DNA of 57,152 nt, the filler included, from Sphacelaria rigidula (taxonomy: Eukaryota): the NCBI GenBank assembly GCA_964200075.2. It is 8 parts of 8 records of this genome, joined end to end, with 100 filler letters (N's around TTAATTAATTAA, not from the genome) between each part and the next. Parts side by side here need not be neighbours in the genome. Positions count along the whole stretch, not along the records: positions 1 to 7,057 come from CAXNAA020016719.1; positions 7,158 to 14,214 come from CAXNAA020016720.1; 6 more parts are not named here. One strand, written 5' to 3'. The position numbers were made by a program, and so were the translations under genes. Under the pieces are notes generated by a model that made no database searches, was not told the DNA's origin, and saw nothing but the letters and a program-made list of their open reading frames with translations. Shown one piece after another: positions 1 through 10,456 of this stretch (positions within the stretch are counted from its first letter, which is position 1; each line of letters opens with the position of its first letter).

Positions 1-24
1 GTCCCGGCTCTGTAGGGATGCGAG

Positions 25-69
25 GTCAATGGTCTCGTGACTATGGCATGCATGATCATGAGTACACCC
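25..69 (-). repeat. Terminus of an unidentified repeat (GGGTGTACTCATGATCATGCATGCCATAGTCA...), second copy at 14159-14202
   Basis: TGACTATGGCATGCATGATCATGAGTACACCC here is the reverse complement of 14159-14190. Both copies lie at contig edges. Confidence 0.75.
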
Positions 70-1399
70 CCCCCTGGTTGGTGAGGGAGCCTCGCGGGAG
101 CGCCGCCGGAGGCTAGAAATATTGCGGTATTTGGCTTGTTTTCCCTTCAAAAATGTGCTTCTTTGTAAAAAATGTGACCCCTCACATTGGGGAGCTAAGA
201 GGCTCATTAGATGACATCACAATGTGAGTCAAAGCGGTGAGCGATTCGGAAATCATTCATCTGCAGCAGGCAGCACCAGGCGCTCTCCGTGAGGAGTGGA
301 TGATAGTAACAAGGGAGTTAGCTTAAGGCTGGCAGCACGGGGGGATGAGAGCGCAAAACTATTCACGTCCGGGCCGACAAACACACACACATGTAGTTGA
401 ACAGCAAGTAGCCATTGTTTATTCCGTATTTTGTGGTCACGGGTTAGCGTTTGTTATTATTCTTGTTTTTGGGTGTCGTGGAATGAAACGACAAACCTTG
501 GCATGTATCCGTTATACTCGTATCACTTCGAGGTGTAGTGAGCATGTGCTGCATCATGTCCATGATGCTCCTGGTGCAATTGACATGTGGCATTTGGGGT
601 TTGGCGTTCGGCAGTCGCGCATCAAGCATCCCGCCGTGTATAAGTCACAGCTCCTTTTAATTCATTCATTTTCCTCATTCGACGGATCAGGTGTCGACCT
701 ACACGCTACGGTCGAAAAAGTATGACAAACTGCAAAACTACGAGGTACCAACGGAGCAGACGGGACAAAAAAAAGCAGAAAGCATCTGAAGTAGTCAGCT
801 ATCAATAGTGACTGGCCCAGCGAACCCGTTCTTCATGTGCTACGGTACTACCATAGAACGCGACACCTATACACCACTGCTTCGCGCGTCAACGCAAACA
901 ATTCCCGTCGACGCCTTCGAAGCGCCGTCCGTCTCAATTGAAACCACATATTCCTCTGCAACTGTAAAGTGCAGGCCTCAGTTGTAGTCAAATTGTATAC
1001 AATGGTGTAAGCATATTTGTTATAAACTCACCCCACAAGAACTTGTATAAAAATAGCTGGTAACGGCTAACCTCAAATCAACTGGATAAACTGACGCCCT
1101 CGTCGCCAGTTCCAGTTTAACTCCAGTCCCAGTTCAATCGACAGTATAAATTGGTCCAGTTCATACCTTTATCAATTTTTGTACCTTGCTCTGTCGTGTC
1201 GTCTTCCCTCAGCTCAAGGACGTATTGGTGAACAATTTTTGAGTCTCGGCAAAACTTTATTTGAAAGGGTGTGATCAGTAGCATCATACCACACTACGCG
1301 ACGTGCGCTTTGACCACTGCCGTCTAATACACTTATGCACTGACGGCCGCATGGTATATCCGCGGTGCTTCGGGTGTCGCTTTGCGCGTGTATGCACAG

Positions 1400-1548
1400 C
1401 AAGTTCACAAAGGGCGTGTTAACAGCGTCAAGTTCAGCCCACCTTCATCTCGGTGGGGGGACGCGCTCAGCTCGTCGTTGCTTGCTTCTGTTGGTGATGA
1501 CGGTGTATTGTCAGTGCAAAGGCTTGGCGACGATTCGTGCCATAATAG
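1400..1548 (+). CDS. Penultimate exon of a WD40-repeat protein (MEP50/WDR77-like)
   Basis: CAG acceptor at 1397-1399 and GTAAG donor at 1549. Translates QVHKGRVNSVKFSP...LLASVGDDGVLSV, a WD40 repeat. Ends in phase 2 and joins the next exon in frame. Confidence 0.8.
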
Positions 1549-1811
1549 GTAAGAGACACTAGGAGTCGAGTTTAGCTCATATGCCACATCTCGTACGCCT
1601 CTACAGTTTTCATGCTTTTGTCCACCAAACCGCAAGAGTTATACTGACTGTGTTGGATCCCGTTTGCTTCAGCTTCATATTGTTGGAGTACACTAAACTG
1701 CAACTGCTTTCGGCATGGGCGTTCCTGTCACTCAAAACAAAGTTTGAACATGACCTCACTGCCAAGCTCTGCGTATGCGCGAATCTTTCATATTTTGCAC
1801 CCGTCGATCAG

Positions 1812-1944
1812 GTCCGTGTTGCATTCAGACTACATTCGGGCGCTCGCCTGGAATGATGCAAGCAATCTAGTTACCGGCGGGTGGGACAACACTGTGCGCA
1901 CAGTGCAACTTAGCGCTGTCAGCCCTGAATCGGTGCAGAACTAA
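1812..1944 (+). CDS. Terminal exon of the same WD40-repeat protein
   Basis: AG acceptor at 1810-1811, phase 2 (AG+G = Arg). Translates SVLHSDYIRALAWNDASNLVTGGWDNTVRTVQL...*, a clear WD repeat resembling the last repeat of MEP50. Upstream exons not identified. Confidence 0.82.
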
Positions 1945-2695
1945 TAGCTGGACACGACCCGCCGTCAGCAGTATAGTGAGGTCCCACAGATGATATCTCA
2001 GCCGTATGAAGCGGGGATGGTCATCCAACGATAAGGGGAGAAGATTTTTCAACCAAAAAAATACCCCAAAAGAGCCACGTTGAGCGTGAGGCAGCATAGA
2101 GCTTTTGGATTCCTCTTGATGTTCATATTCAGCGACATGTTGGTACCTTGGCGATGCGTTACCTCAAGAAACATGTGCTTTGTTGTACTTTATAGCGTAC
2201 GAACCCCCTTGTATAGGGCAACACTTTATAATCCTACCGTGGCTTGACTAGGTCGCGTAGCCCGCACCAGGTGATCGCAAGAGTTTCGGACTGTGATCGA
2301 GCCACGGTGTAGCTGAGGAGTATCCCCGTCGTCGATTGGTGATCCGTGTAATAAGAGTCTCGTCTATGGAGAGTGCGTTTTGGCAATGATATCGTTTCGC
2401 CGCTAGAACGATCGACTTTTTAGTAGTTTACCACGAACTCATTGCATTCGAATGCCCACAGTTATTTCTCCAGCCGAATATTGGCCTCTTTGAGCCACAA
2501 TTGAGTAAGAACAAGAACCCACTCCCGCCGTAGGATGGCTGTCCGAAACTATTTTCGCCATTTTACTTTCCACATCGACACCAACAGCATGCTACGAAGT
2601 CGTTACGAAGACTTCCTGAAGCGACCGACGTCTCATATTATCTCCTTTGTTCGGGCGACAATCTGGTCACCACCCTCCTCCCACTGGCTAAGGAC

Positions 2696-2836
2696 TGTGA
2701 CGATTTTAAAAGATAACCAACTAGACCACTGACCAGTCAGTGCCGACTGCTCAGTAGTCTAGTTGGTTGTCCCTTAAACCGTCACAAAAGTTAGTCGTTG
2801 GTTCGATTCCCGTCGGACGCATTTTCTTTGAAGAAG
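2696..2836 (+). mobile_element. Truncated copy of the palindromic-LTR mini-retroelement (one LTR plus start of internal region)
   Basis: TGTGACG...CGTCACA palindrome at 2696-2786 followed by AAAGTTAGTCGTTGGTTCGATTCCCGTCGGACGCA, matching 4891-5040. Confidence 0.85.
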
Positions 2837-2939
2837 CTCACACGCACACATACACTGACGAACCACCACAAGCCGCAAAAGCAACAGTAGCAGTACTGTT
2901 GTACGGAGATCGCCGTTGAAGTTATCGCACACGCTTCAC

Positions 2940-3908
2940 GCCCGCGCATAACAGAGCTGGCACACCATTTTTGAACCTACCCACCCAAAACAGAGCAGGC
3001 GGCATGCCACGGCGCGCACACGCAAAACACAGCTCACACGCACACGTACACTGACGAAACACCACTACCTAGCCGCAAAAGCAACAGCAGCAGCGGTACT
3101 GTAGTACGGAGACCGCCGTTGAACTTATCGCACACGCTTCACGTGCCTAGCAGGCAACTGAATCATCACGTACTCTTGTGTGTTTGGATCAATTGTTGTG
3201 TGTTTGTTTCAAATGTTTGTAGTGAAGATATATATTATATTCCGGGTGTGTTCGCCGTTATCTCGCTGTTCTTCGCTGCGTTCATTGTGTTGGCGTGTTG
3301 GTCAGGGACAACAAGAGCAGTCTTGAAAACGCTTTCGATGGCGATATCAGCAAACCATCTGCTGTCGTCCTGATTGTTGAAGTCGCTTGTGCTCACGGCA
3401 AGGCTTTCAGAACCGTAAATGCCACCGTCCCGCACAATATTTTCTGTATAGCGCACCGTACTGTCTACTACTACTTACTGTCTGCGGTTAGGGGCAAATG
3501 CTACGCGGCACTCTGTGTACTAAATACCAGAAACAATTGATCCAAGCACACAATGATTGATCTTGACACACAAGAGTGCGTACTTCAGTTGCCTGTATTG
3601 TCTCTGGAACATACTTTTACTACAAACATTTGATCCGAACACACAACAATTGATCCAAACACACAATAGTACGTGATGGTTCAGTCGCCTGCTAGGCGCG
3701 TGAAGCGTGTGCGATAAGTTCAACGGCAGTTTTTGTACTACAGTACTGCTGCTGTTGCTTTTTCGGCTAGCTACTGGTGGATCGTCAGTGCATGTGTGCG
3801 TGTGAGCTGTGTTGTGGGTGTGCGTTCTGTGGCATGCCCTATGTGCCTGCTCTGTTTCGGGTGGGTGGGTTCGAAAATGGTGTGCCGGCTCTGTTGCGTA
3901 CGGGCGGA
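2940..3908. repeat. Long inverted repeat / foldback element (arms ~2940-3227 and ~3612-3908) with a tandem partial duplication at 2836-2940
   Basis: The arms are reverse complements. The ORF track shows near-identical peptides MNLSHTLH...CVWINCCVF on opposite strands (3119+ and 3723-). Confidence 0.85.
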
Positions 3909-4020
3909 TTCGAAAATGGTGTTGGTAGGACCGGCGGGTCTACACAAATTCGATGTGAGACTGGTCCTAGACTGCTGGCAGGTTCTGTTTTTTGGACAGC
4001 GCTGGCGTGAATACGGCGGG

Positions 4021-4290
4021 TGCTCTTTTCGGGGCAAAAACGACGGAGAAGGGTCGAAAAAAAACTTTTCAACACGTCATGTTTTTTGATAACTTGACCG
4101 TTTGTTATTGAAGAAGTTTTTGTGGCCAAGAACGAAACTGTGACCTACGGAAAACGCAAAGGTGCTCTGGAACGGCCTCAGCGAGTAGAGCAAGTCATTC
4201 CAAGGTGTCAACATTCGCTGAGCCCTCTTTTCGGGGCAAAAACGACGGAGAAGGGTAAGAAAAATACTTTTCAACAAGTTATATTTTTCG
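4021..4290. repeat. Direct repeat CTCTTTTCGGGGCAAAAACGACGGAGAAGGGT, two copies ~200 bp apart
   Basis: Copies at ~4023-4055 and ~4224-4256, with similar downstream sequence. Confidence 0.7.
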
Positions 4291-4890
4291 ATACATAAGG
4301 AGCCTAACAAAGGAAAAGGAAAAAAGAAAACTGGAAGCGCGATGCGAAGCAGAACAATCTATTTTATATTCATGTCTTTGACTACTGGCATGATCATATG
4401 ATGGAATTCGTTCGCTGTCAATGAAAAAGTGAAGTTGGCAACAAGTGCTATGGAGGTTATATGTGTGTTGCCATGTATCGTATATCCTGTATAATGTATC
4501 ACCCGACTAGGAAGGCCCCCAGACCCGACGGGTAAGGTGGAAGGTGAGGATGCCGGGGTCAGAGGAATGCTACGGTGGGAGTGCAGAAATATTCTCCGAG
4601 GTTAGAATTGTTAGGAGCCTTTATCTCATCCAAAACACGATTCATGAAATATGTGAGAGTACGCCAGGTTTACTATTTCAATGTGCTAGAGACATCGCGG
4701 ATGAATTTGCGAACAAGGGTTACCATGTTCTTGCGCATCTAGAACCTTCGGGAGTCCCTGAGCCAGACAAGATTTCGCGCAAAAAGTGTATTCGTATCGT
4801 GGCATTGTTCGTCAGAGAATGAACTACCTACACCCTATTGCCAGCTTTGACCTGAATAAAACAGCCGATCATCGATATTGAGGATGGACC

Positions 4891-5802
4891 TGTGACGGTT
4901 TAAGAGATAACCAACTAGACTACTGACCAGTCAGCACTGACTGGTCAGTAGTCTGACTGGTCAGAAGTCTAGTTGGTTGTCCTTTAAACCGTCACAAGAG
5001 TTAGTCGCTGGTTCGATTCCCGTCGGACGCACTTTCATTGAAGAAAAAAAGAAGAGAGAAAACCTCGGTAAAAAATTGACTCAAAGAAAAGGGTGGGCTA
5101 TGTTTGGAGTGTACTGCTAGGGATCCAAGTGTACACACTCTGGAATGAGTGGGGGAGACGAGTAACTCAAGGGTACGGTGAAAGCGGCAACACTAGAGGT
5201 CCTGATGGCAGTCGATAGAGCGCTGGCAAGGGGAGTCGCCCTCCTCAGAGTGAAAGAAAGTGATGGGGACTGAATCCCCACGACTAACTTTTGTGATGGT
5301 TCAAGAGACAACCAACTAGACTACTGACCGCTTACTGGTCAGTAGTCCAGTTGGTTGTCTCTTAAACCGTCACAAAAGTTAGTCGCTGGTTCGATTCCCG
5401 TCGGACGCACTTCCTTTGAAGAAAAAAGAGGAGAGAAAACCTCTGATAGAAAGTTGGCCCCAAGGAGAGAAACCTCAGTAAAAATTGGCCCAAAGAAAAA
5501 GGGTGGGGCATAGCCTGGTGGCTATGTTTGGAGTGTACTACTAAGGTCCCAAATGCGCACACTCTCGGAATGAGTGGGGGAGACGAGTAAGCCTAGAATA
5601 CGGTGAAAGCGACGACACTAGAGGTGCTGATAGCAGTCGATAGAGCGCTGGCAAGGGGAGTTGCTCTCCTCGGAGTGAAAGTGACGGGGAGTGAACCTCC
5701 ACGACTAACTTTTGTGGTGGTTTAAGAGACAACCAACTAGACTACTGACCTGTCAGCGCTGACTGGTCAGTAGTCTAGTTGGTTGTCTCTTAAACCGTCA
5801 CA
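4891..5802 (+). mobile_element. Tandem TRIM-like non-autonomous LTR element with palindromic LTRs (LTR 4891-4996, internal 4997-5291, LTR 5292-5374, internal 5375-5712, LTR 5713-5802)
   Basis: Three TG...CA-bounded direct repeats alternate with two homologous ~300-340 bp spacers. GACC lies on both flanks (4887-4890, 5803-5806) as a 4-bp TSD. No credible ORF. Confidence 0.85.
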
Positions 5803-5845
5803 GACCTTTCCATTGAGGATGAGAACCCGCAGGATTGAAATCGTC

Positions 5846-6160
5846 GTATCCACACAAAATCTTCGAAATATGGTTCCATCCCTTCACCCACTACGACGTC
5901 GCTCGTCGTAGCTATTGACAACTGCTACACGCCCTAGTAATTTGGATTTCGATTACCGAATTGTTGAGGTCCTAGGGGTAAAACCAATTTCGAAGAATTT
6001 CGGCGATCGGATCAGATCACCTCAAATTCCCCATTTTTTCTTCATATAGGACCCCAACATTTCGGTTACCCAAATCCAAATTTGTAGGGCGTGTAGTAGT
6101 TGTCAATAGCTACCATTAGGTAAAGGAATGAAACCATGTTTCGAAGATTGGGTGTGGATA
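5846..6160. repeat. Degenerate foldback/MITE-like inverted repeat
   Basis: GTAGCTATTGACAACTGCTACACGCCCTA (5908-5936) pairs with TAGGGCGTGTAGTAGTTGTCAATAGCTAC (6085-6113). Complementarity extends outward to TATCCACAC/GTGTGGATA. Confidence 0.75.
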
Positions 6161-6914
6161 TGTCACGAATAACGTGGTGGATGTCTAGAGGTGAAGGGTG
6201 CCAGTTCGTGGGCACCCGAGTAGTCATCTCAAAAGACATGCAAGCACCAGGATCCGACCGAGTTCGATGATGATTGTGCATGCAAGATGGTTTAAAGTAA
6301 CTCTCCACCTGCAGCGCATGCTCGAGGCAACACCAGCTGCAGGCAAGCCAGGCTTACTTTGGACGAAAAAGCGACACCTCTGATATCGCAGTCCATGGAT
6401 GGCGTAAATGCTTCTTGTATTATCGGCGACAGGCTAGTGGGTGCTGTACGTGCTGGGATCAATCCTAAAAGCTCTGTGAAAACATGGGTAGATAATCTGA
6501 CACAAAGCATGAGAAGAGTATGACACATGAGCCTAGTCGACTGGAAAATGACTAATAAATCCATGACATGCCCCCAGCCTTATATATAAGGTTAAACAAA
6601 AAGGATTTATGGGCTGGCGGGGCCGAAAAAAAAACGAAGCCTGTACATCAACGCCTTAAGATAAAACGAGAAAAACCTGCATAATTACAATGCAGGGGAA
6701 AACTCGATATGTAATGGATAGGTAAACCCTGTTAGACAGGGGAAAACCCCATCCGTTAGGAAAGGAAAAAAATATATAGCGCCCTTTCCAACGACAGAAA
6801 CAGCAGACAAGTACGGTTAACAGCCGATCCTAATTTTTGGGGTTGAACTAAAATATGAGGTTTAACCCGCAAATCGCTTCCGATGGGAAAATACCAAACA
6901 GTAACACGAAAGGA

Positions 6915-7050
6915 AGATGTTTTCCCCCAACACACCGCAGGAGGAGTTGGGCAGTTCGGGCTAGGTGCGCCCAACGAATGCGGTGTACACGCGTGTCGAT
7001 GGCGATATCACCAGAGAGAGAAGCAACGACAGAGAGGAAGCTCCTCGCCC
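6915..7050. repeat. Dispersed repeat fragments shared with 28629-28700 (inverted) and 48003-48080 (direct)
   Basis: GGCTAGGTGCGCCCAACGAATGCGGTGT versus ACACCGCATTCGTAAGGTGCACCTAGCC at 28629. GTGTCGATGGCGATATCACCAGAGA versus GTGTCGATGATGATATCACCAGAGA at 48004. Confidence 0.7.
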
Positions 7051-7057
7051 GGGTTCT

Positions 7058-7157
7058 NNNNNNNNNNNNNNNNNNNNNNNNNNNNNNNNNNNNNNNNNNN
7101 NTTAATTAATTAANNNNNNNNNNNNNNNNNNNNNNNNNNNNNNNNNNNNNNNNNNNN
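7058..7157. other. Artificial contig linker
   Basis: 44 N + TTAATTAATTAA (stops in all six frames) + 44 N. Confidence 0.98.
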
Positions 7158-7418
7158 CTCATGTATGCATCACGTGCAACTGACTTGAGCAACCGCGGTT
7201 CCCTTCCGACATCAAAACACAAACACGTTTGCTGGCCATCACCTGCTGCTGGTGCTGGTGTAGGGGCGGCTGGTGACACGGCTGCCATTCGGTGCGCTTG
7301 GTATCTCGTGTGTGCTTGTGTGTGAGTGCGTGGGGTGCTCACGTGTTCATGCGTCAGCTCGATCTTAGCCAAGGGCCTAGTTGTAATTGTGCCACGATGG
7401 TGACAACTACCCAGTTCA

Positions 7419-7640
7419 CCAAACAACTACTTGAACAGAATCGTGTGCAAGTAGTTGTCTCCAAACAACTAACTGCTCAGAATCGTGCGCAACTGGTTGC
7501 TTCCAAACTCTACTGTTCCAAAATCGTGCGCAACTACAGTAGTTGATTCCAAACAACTATTGTTACAAAATCGTACGCAACGAGTTGTTTCCAAACAATT
7601 ACTCTCTCAGAATCGTGCGCAACTAGTTGTTTGGAAACAA
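7419..7640. repeat. Minisatellite, ~5 copies of a 42-46 bp unit
   Basis: Unit approximately CCAAACAACTA-N-CAGAATCGTGCGCAACTAGTTGTTT. Confidence 0.85.
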
Positions 7641-9837
7641 GTAGTTAGTTGTTCTTCATAGTTGTACAGGATGTGAAAGGTTCGCTTGAGCCCAGGGAGC
7701 ACTTGGAGACATTTCCTAGGAGCCATGCTGTATCCCTAACCCCTGATATGGCGGGAAACGGAGAGGAGGGGGGCATGCTATGCATGTCTCTATTTGTCCC
7801 CGCCATATCGCAGTTACATTCGTGGGGACCTGTAGCTTTGGGCGTATATCTATGGTTGACACCATCTACGGTTGGCAGGAAGGAATGTTCCCGAATCCTA
7901 CGCCGTTTGTCGGTTGTGGCTGCTCATAGGGAACTGCTACTCAGCCGCAGAACTTTATATTGTGAGTTTAGAACCTTTCCGGTTCCACGTACCGGCGGTT
8001 GAAAATCGCACACTTTCATCTCATGTTGCCGTGGTTCTGTAGCGTGGAGTATGCTGCTGACACCTCAACGACCGAGGTCAGCACAAGCTGAGAAACTGGC
8101 TGTCAGATTGTTCACTGATGTCAGTGGATGCTGATGAAATAGTACTGCTTGTGTGGATTTAGTAAATTTGTGGTAACGGCTGGGATGACGTGCAGCTCCT
8201 GCCAGCAAGGCAACAGGAGAAGAGAGAGGAGTTGTGAGGCCGTTGTAGGTGAGGCAGTTGTGAGTGTGGAGGAGAGGGAGAGATAGTGAAAGCGGGGATA
8301 GAAGGAGAGGGACATTCCCTTATTTTCTGATGAATCTTGCCAGCGTGGTGGTGAATCTTGTCTCATGAATCGTTCGAGGGCGTGTTATCGCACGTCACCG
8401 GGGCGCTGAGTTCATAGGTACAGGTCATTATAAAGTAGTCAAACTGGAATCATTGTTTCTGTCGTTGTTTTCCATGATTGTTGTGGGGATTTTCTCTGGA
8501 TACGTGCGTTACTCGAAGCATATCTGCCGCAGGTGAGCAAGATTGCATTATTTGGTTATTTATTGTCCGGGCCAGGTCTGGACTAGATTTTCCTCCGTTG
8601 GCTTGCTACAGCCCAGGACAGTAGCAGAAGGAAAGCTGAAAAGAATGTGCAGTCAGAAACGATGATATTTTGATGAGCGCCAACAGGGCACCAAGTCAAA
8701 GCAAGCAAAGCATACACCTTCGAGAGGAAGCGGCACTCTAGCACACGGGAACGTGCACACGAGAGATATACCTTATTGCGTTAGCCATCTGATGTCCCGT
8801 GTTTAGAGTGCATGGTTGTCTCCACCGTTGTACCGCAACATGTTTCTGTCGCGATACCGACAGTATCCCCATCGCAAGAAGATTCGCCAGCGCTGGCCAG
8901 CCAGCTGTCACCGTGCTTGTCATGCATGTCTGTATGGCATCGATCAGCACGAGCCATCAACAACAGCACGACAGCCCACAAAAAGGAGCCAGAAGAATTG
9001 ATGCGTATAGAGTCCTTGTCGGGTCATGTCCCGTTCGACCAACATGAAACAAGACACAACGACGACGATGGAGCCATCTTAAATCATGCCCCGCATCCAA
9101 GGCCGTGCAGGATGCAGCACCAAAACCTGAGCGCAAATAGAGACTGCAACACCACCCCTGACCTCCGCAACCATACCGCGGGCACGGGACACTCAAAGCA
9201 AACGTTGGGTACACTGCCCCGTATACCAAGAGACAGAGCACCGGTTGTGGGACCGCTGTCATCTTGGATATCATCCTGCCTCCGCACGGTGCTGCACTGC
9301 GGCTGCGGGCACCAGAAGACTGGCAAAACCACGTGTGACGGAACCTATACTAAAATTAAGTTTGTACTTTGAAATGTATCATTAAACGTAAATGGGCTGG
9401 TCAAAACTTTTGATCAATTTACTTGGAATAAGTCTTGGTACTGCGAAAATAAACCCGTACCTGTGGACCCGCCGCCGTCACCAGCCGCAGAAATCGTCAT
9501 GATTATTTTTAATATTTCCACACATTACTCCTATCTCTCGAACCCGTAGTCACAAACGAAAGGATGTTATATCACTTGACTGGTACTGCGTCAGATGGTA
9601 CGTCCAATGAGTGCAAGGGCCCCATCGCTCTTTCGAGTACCCCAAACCTGCCGGATTACACTTTTAAATATCAACCGTTTCTCCACCCGAATACGAGCTT
9701 GGCCAGCCTAGAAGCAGATTTGAAGTTTGCAGGCCCATTCGCATTTGAAACTTGGAGTTGGAGATCCTAAGATTTGGCACAGGCTAGTTCACGCTCATCA
9801 CCCCAAAAAAACAATCATCGGCAAACCTCACACCGTT

Positions 9838-10456
9838 TCAAGAAGTTAGACCCTGAAATTTTGGACAGATGTTCTACGGGGCATTACGCAACTTTCGAAG
9901 GTCGAGGTTCTCATACTTTTTGTCCTTTTCACCGTTTTGGGGGGGTCCCAGTTTCCTCGGGGAAACATCGATCCAATCATACCCCCGTCAAACGGTAAAA
10001 AAATGAGAAATAAAAACCTCGTGCATGAAAAGTTCCATAATGACCTATAGCACAATTGTGCAAAATTTCAGGGTCTAACTCCTTGATTCGGCGTGAGGTG
10101 TTACGCTTTTGTGCGATGGACTTTGCCATGCCGCGGTGAAACCGCAAACTATTTGATTTTAGTACGAAAACTGCGGTTTTGGGCCTTCTTTGACGTGAAC
10201 ATGTAAATGTGAGCATCAGTTGATCGAGTTTTGAGACAAAATTTTGTGGGGTCCTTCCTTGGGTAACGCGGCGACAAATCGTCCGATAAAAAATTAAGAA
10301 CAACGTCGTAGTGCCGGTTTTTCGGGGTCCCAGAGTGGAGACTACTTTGAAGAACGACTGGGATCCCGTCGGGCCCCGAAAAACGAAAAATACTCGAGAC
10401 GTAAAGAAACCTCGTCCATAGAAAGTTGCGTAATGACACATTACAGGGTCCAACTT
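9838..10456. repeat. Inverted and direct ~70-bp repeats, probably a decayed DNA-transposon derivative
   Basis: AGTTAGACCCTGAAATTTTG (~9844) versus CAAAATTTCAGGGTCTAACT (~10061). A third related copy lies at ~10408-10456. Confidence 0.6.

Noticed and set aside
4891-5802. CRISPR-like repeat-spacer array
   Set aside because: The spacers are ~300 bp and homologous to each other, the repeats are ~90 bp with TG...CA ends and a TSD, and there are no cas genes in this eukaryotic context.
6855-7426. ORFs running into N tracts (also at the other linkers)
   Set aside because: Artefacts of the artificial linker sequence.
7419-7640. CRISPR-like array
   Set aside because: Units are contiguous degenerate tandem copies without unique spacers.
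8812-9372. 186-aa ORF and other motif-free ORFs (e.g. 30231-30902, 51098-51808, 56416-56703)
   Set aside because: No recognisable domain or splice support. Such lengths are expected by chance or arise from repeats.
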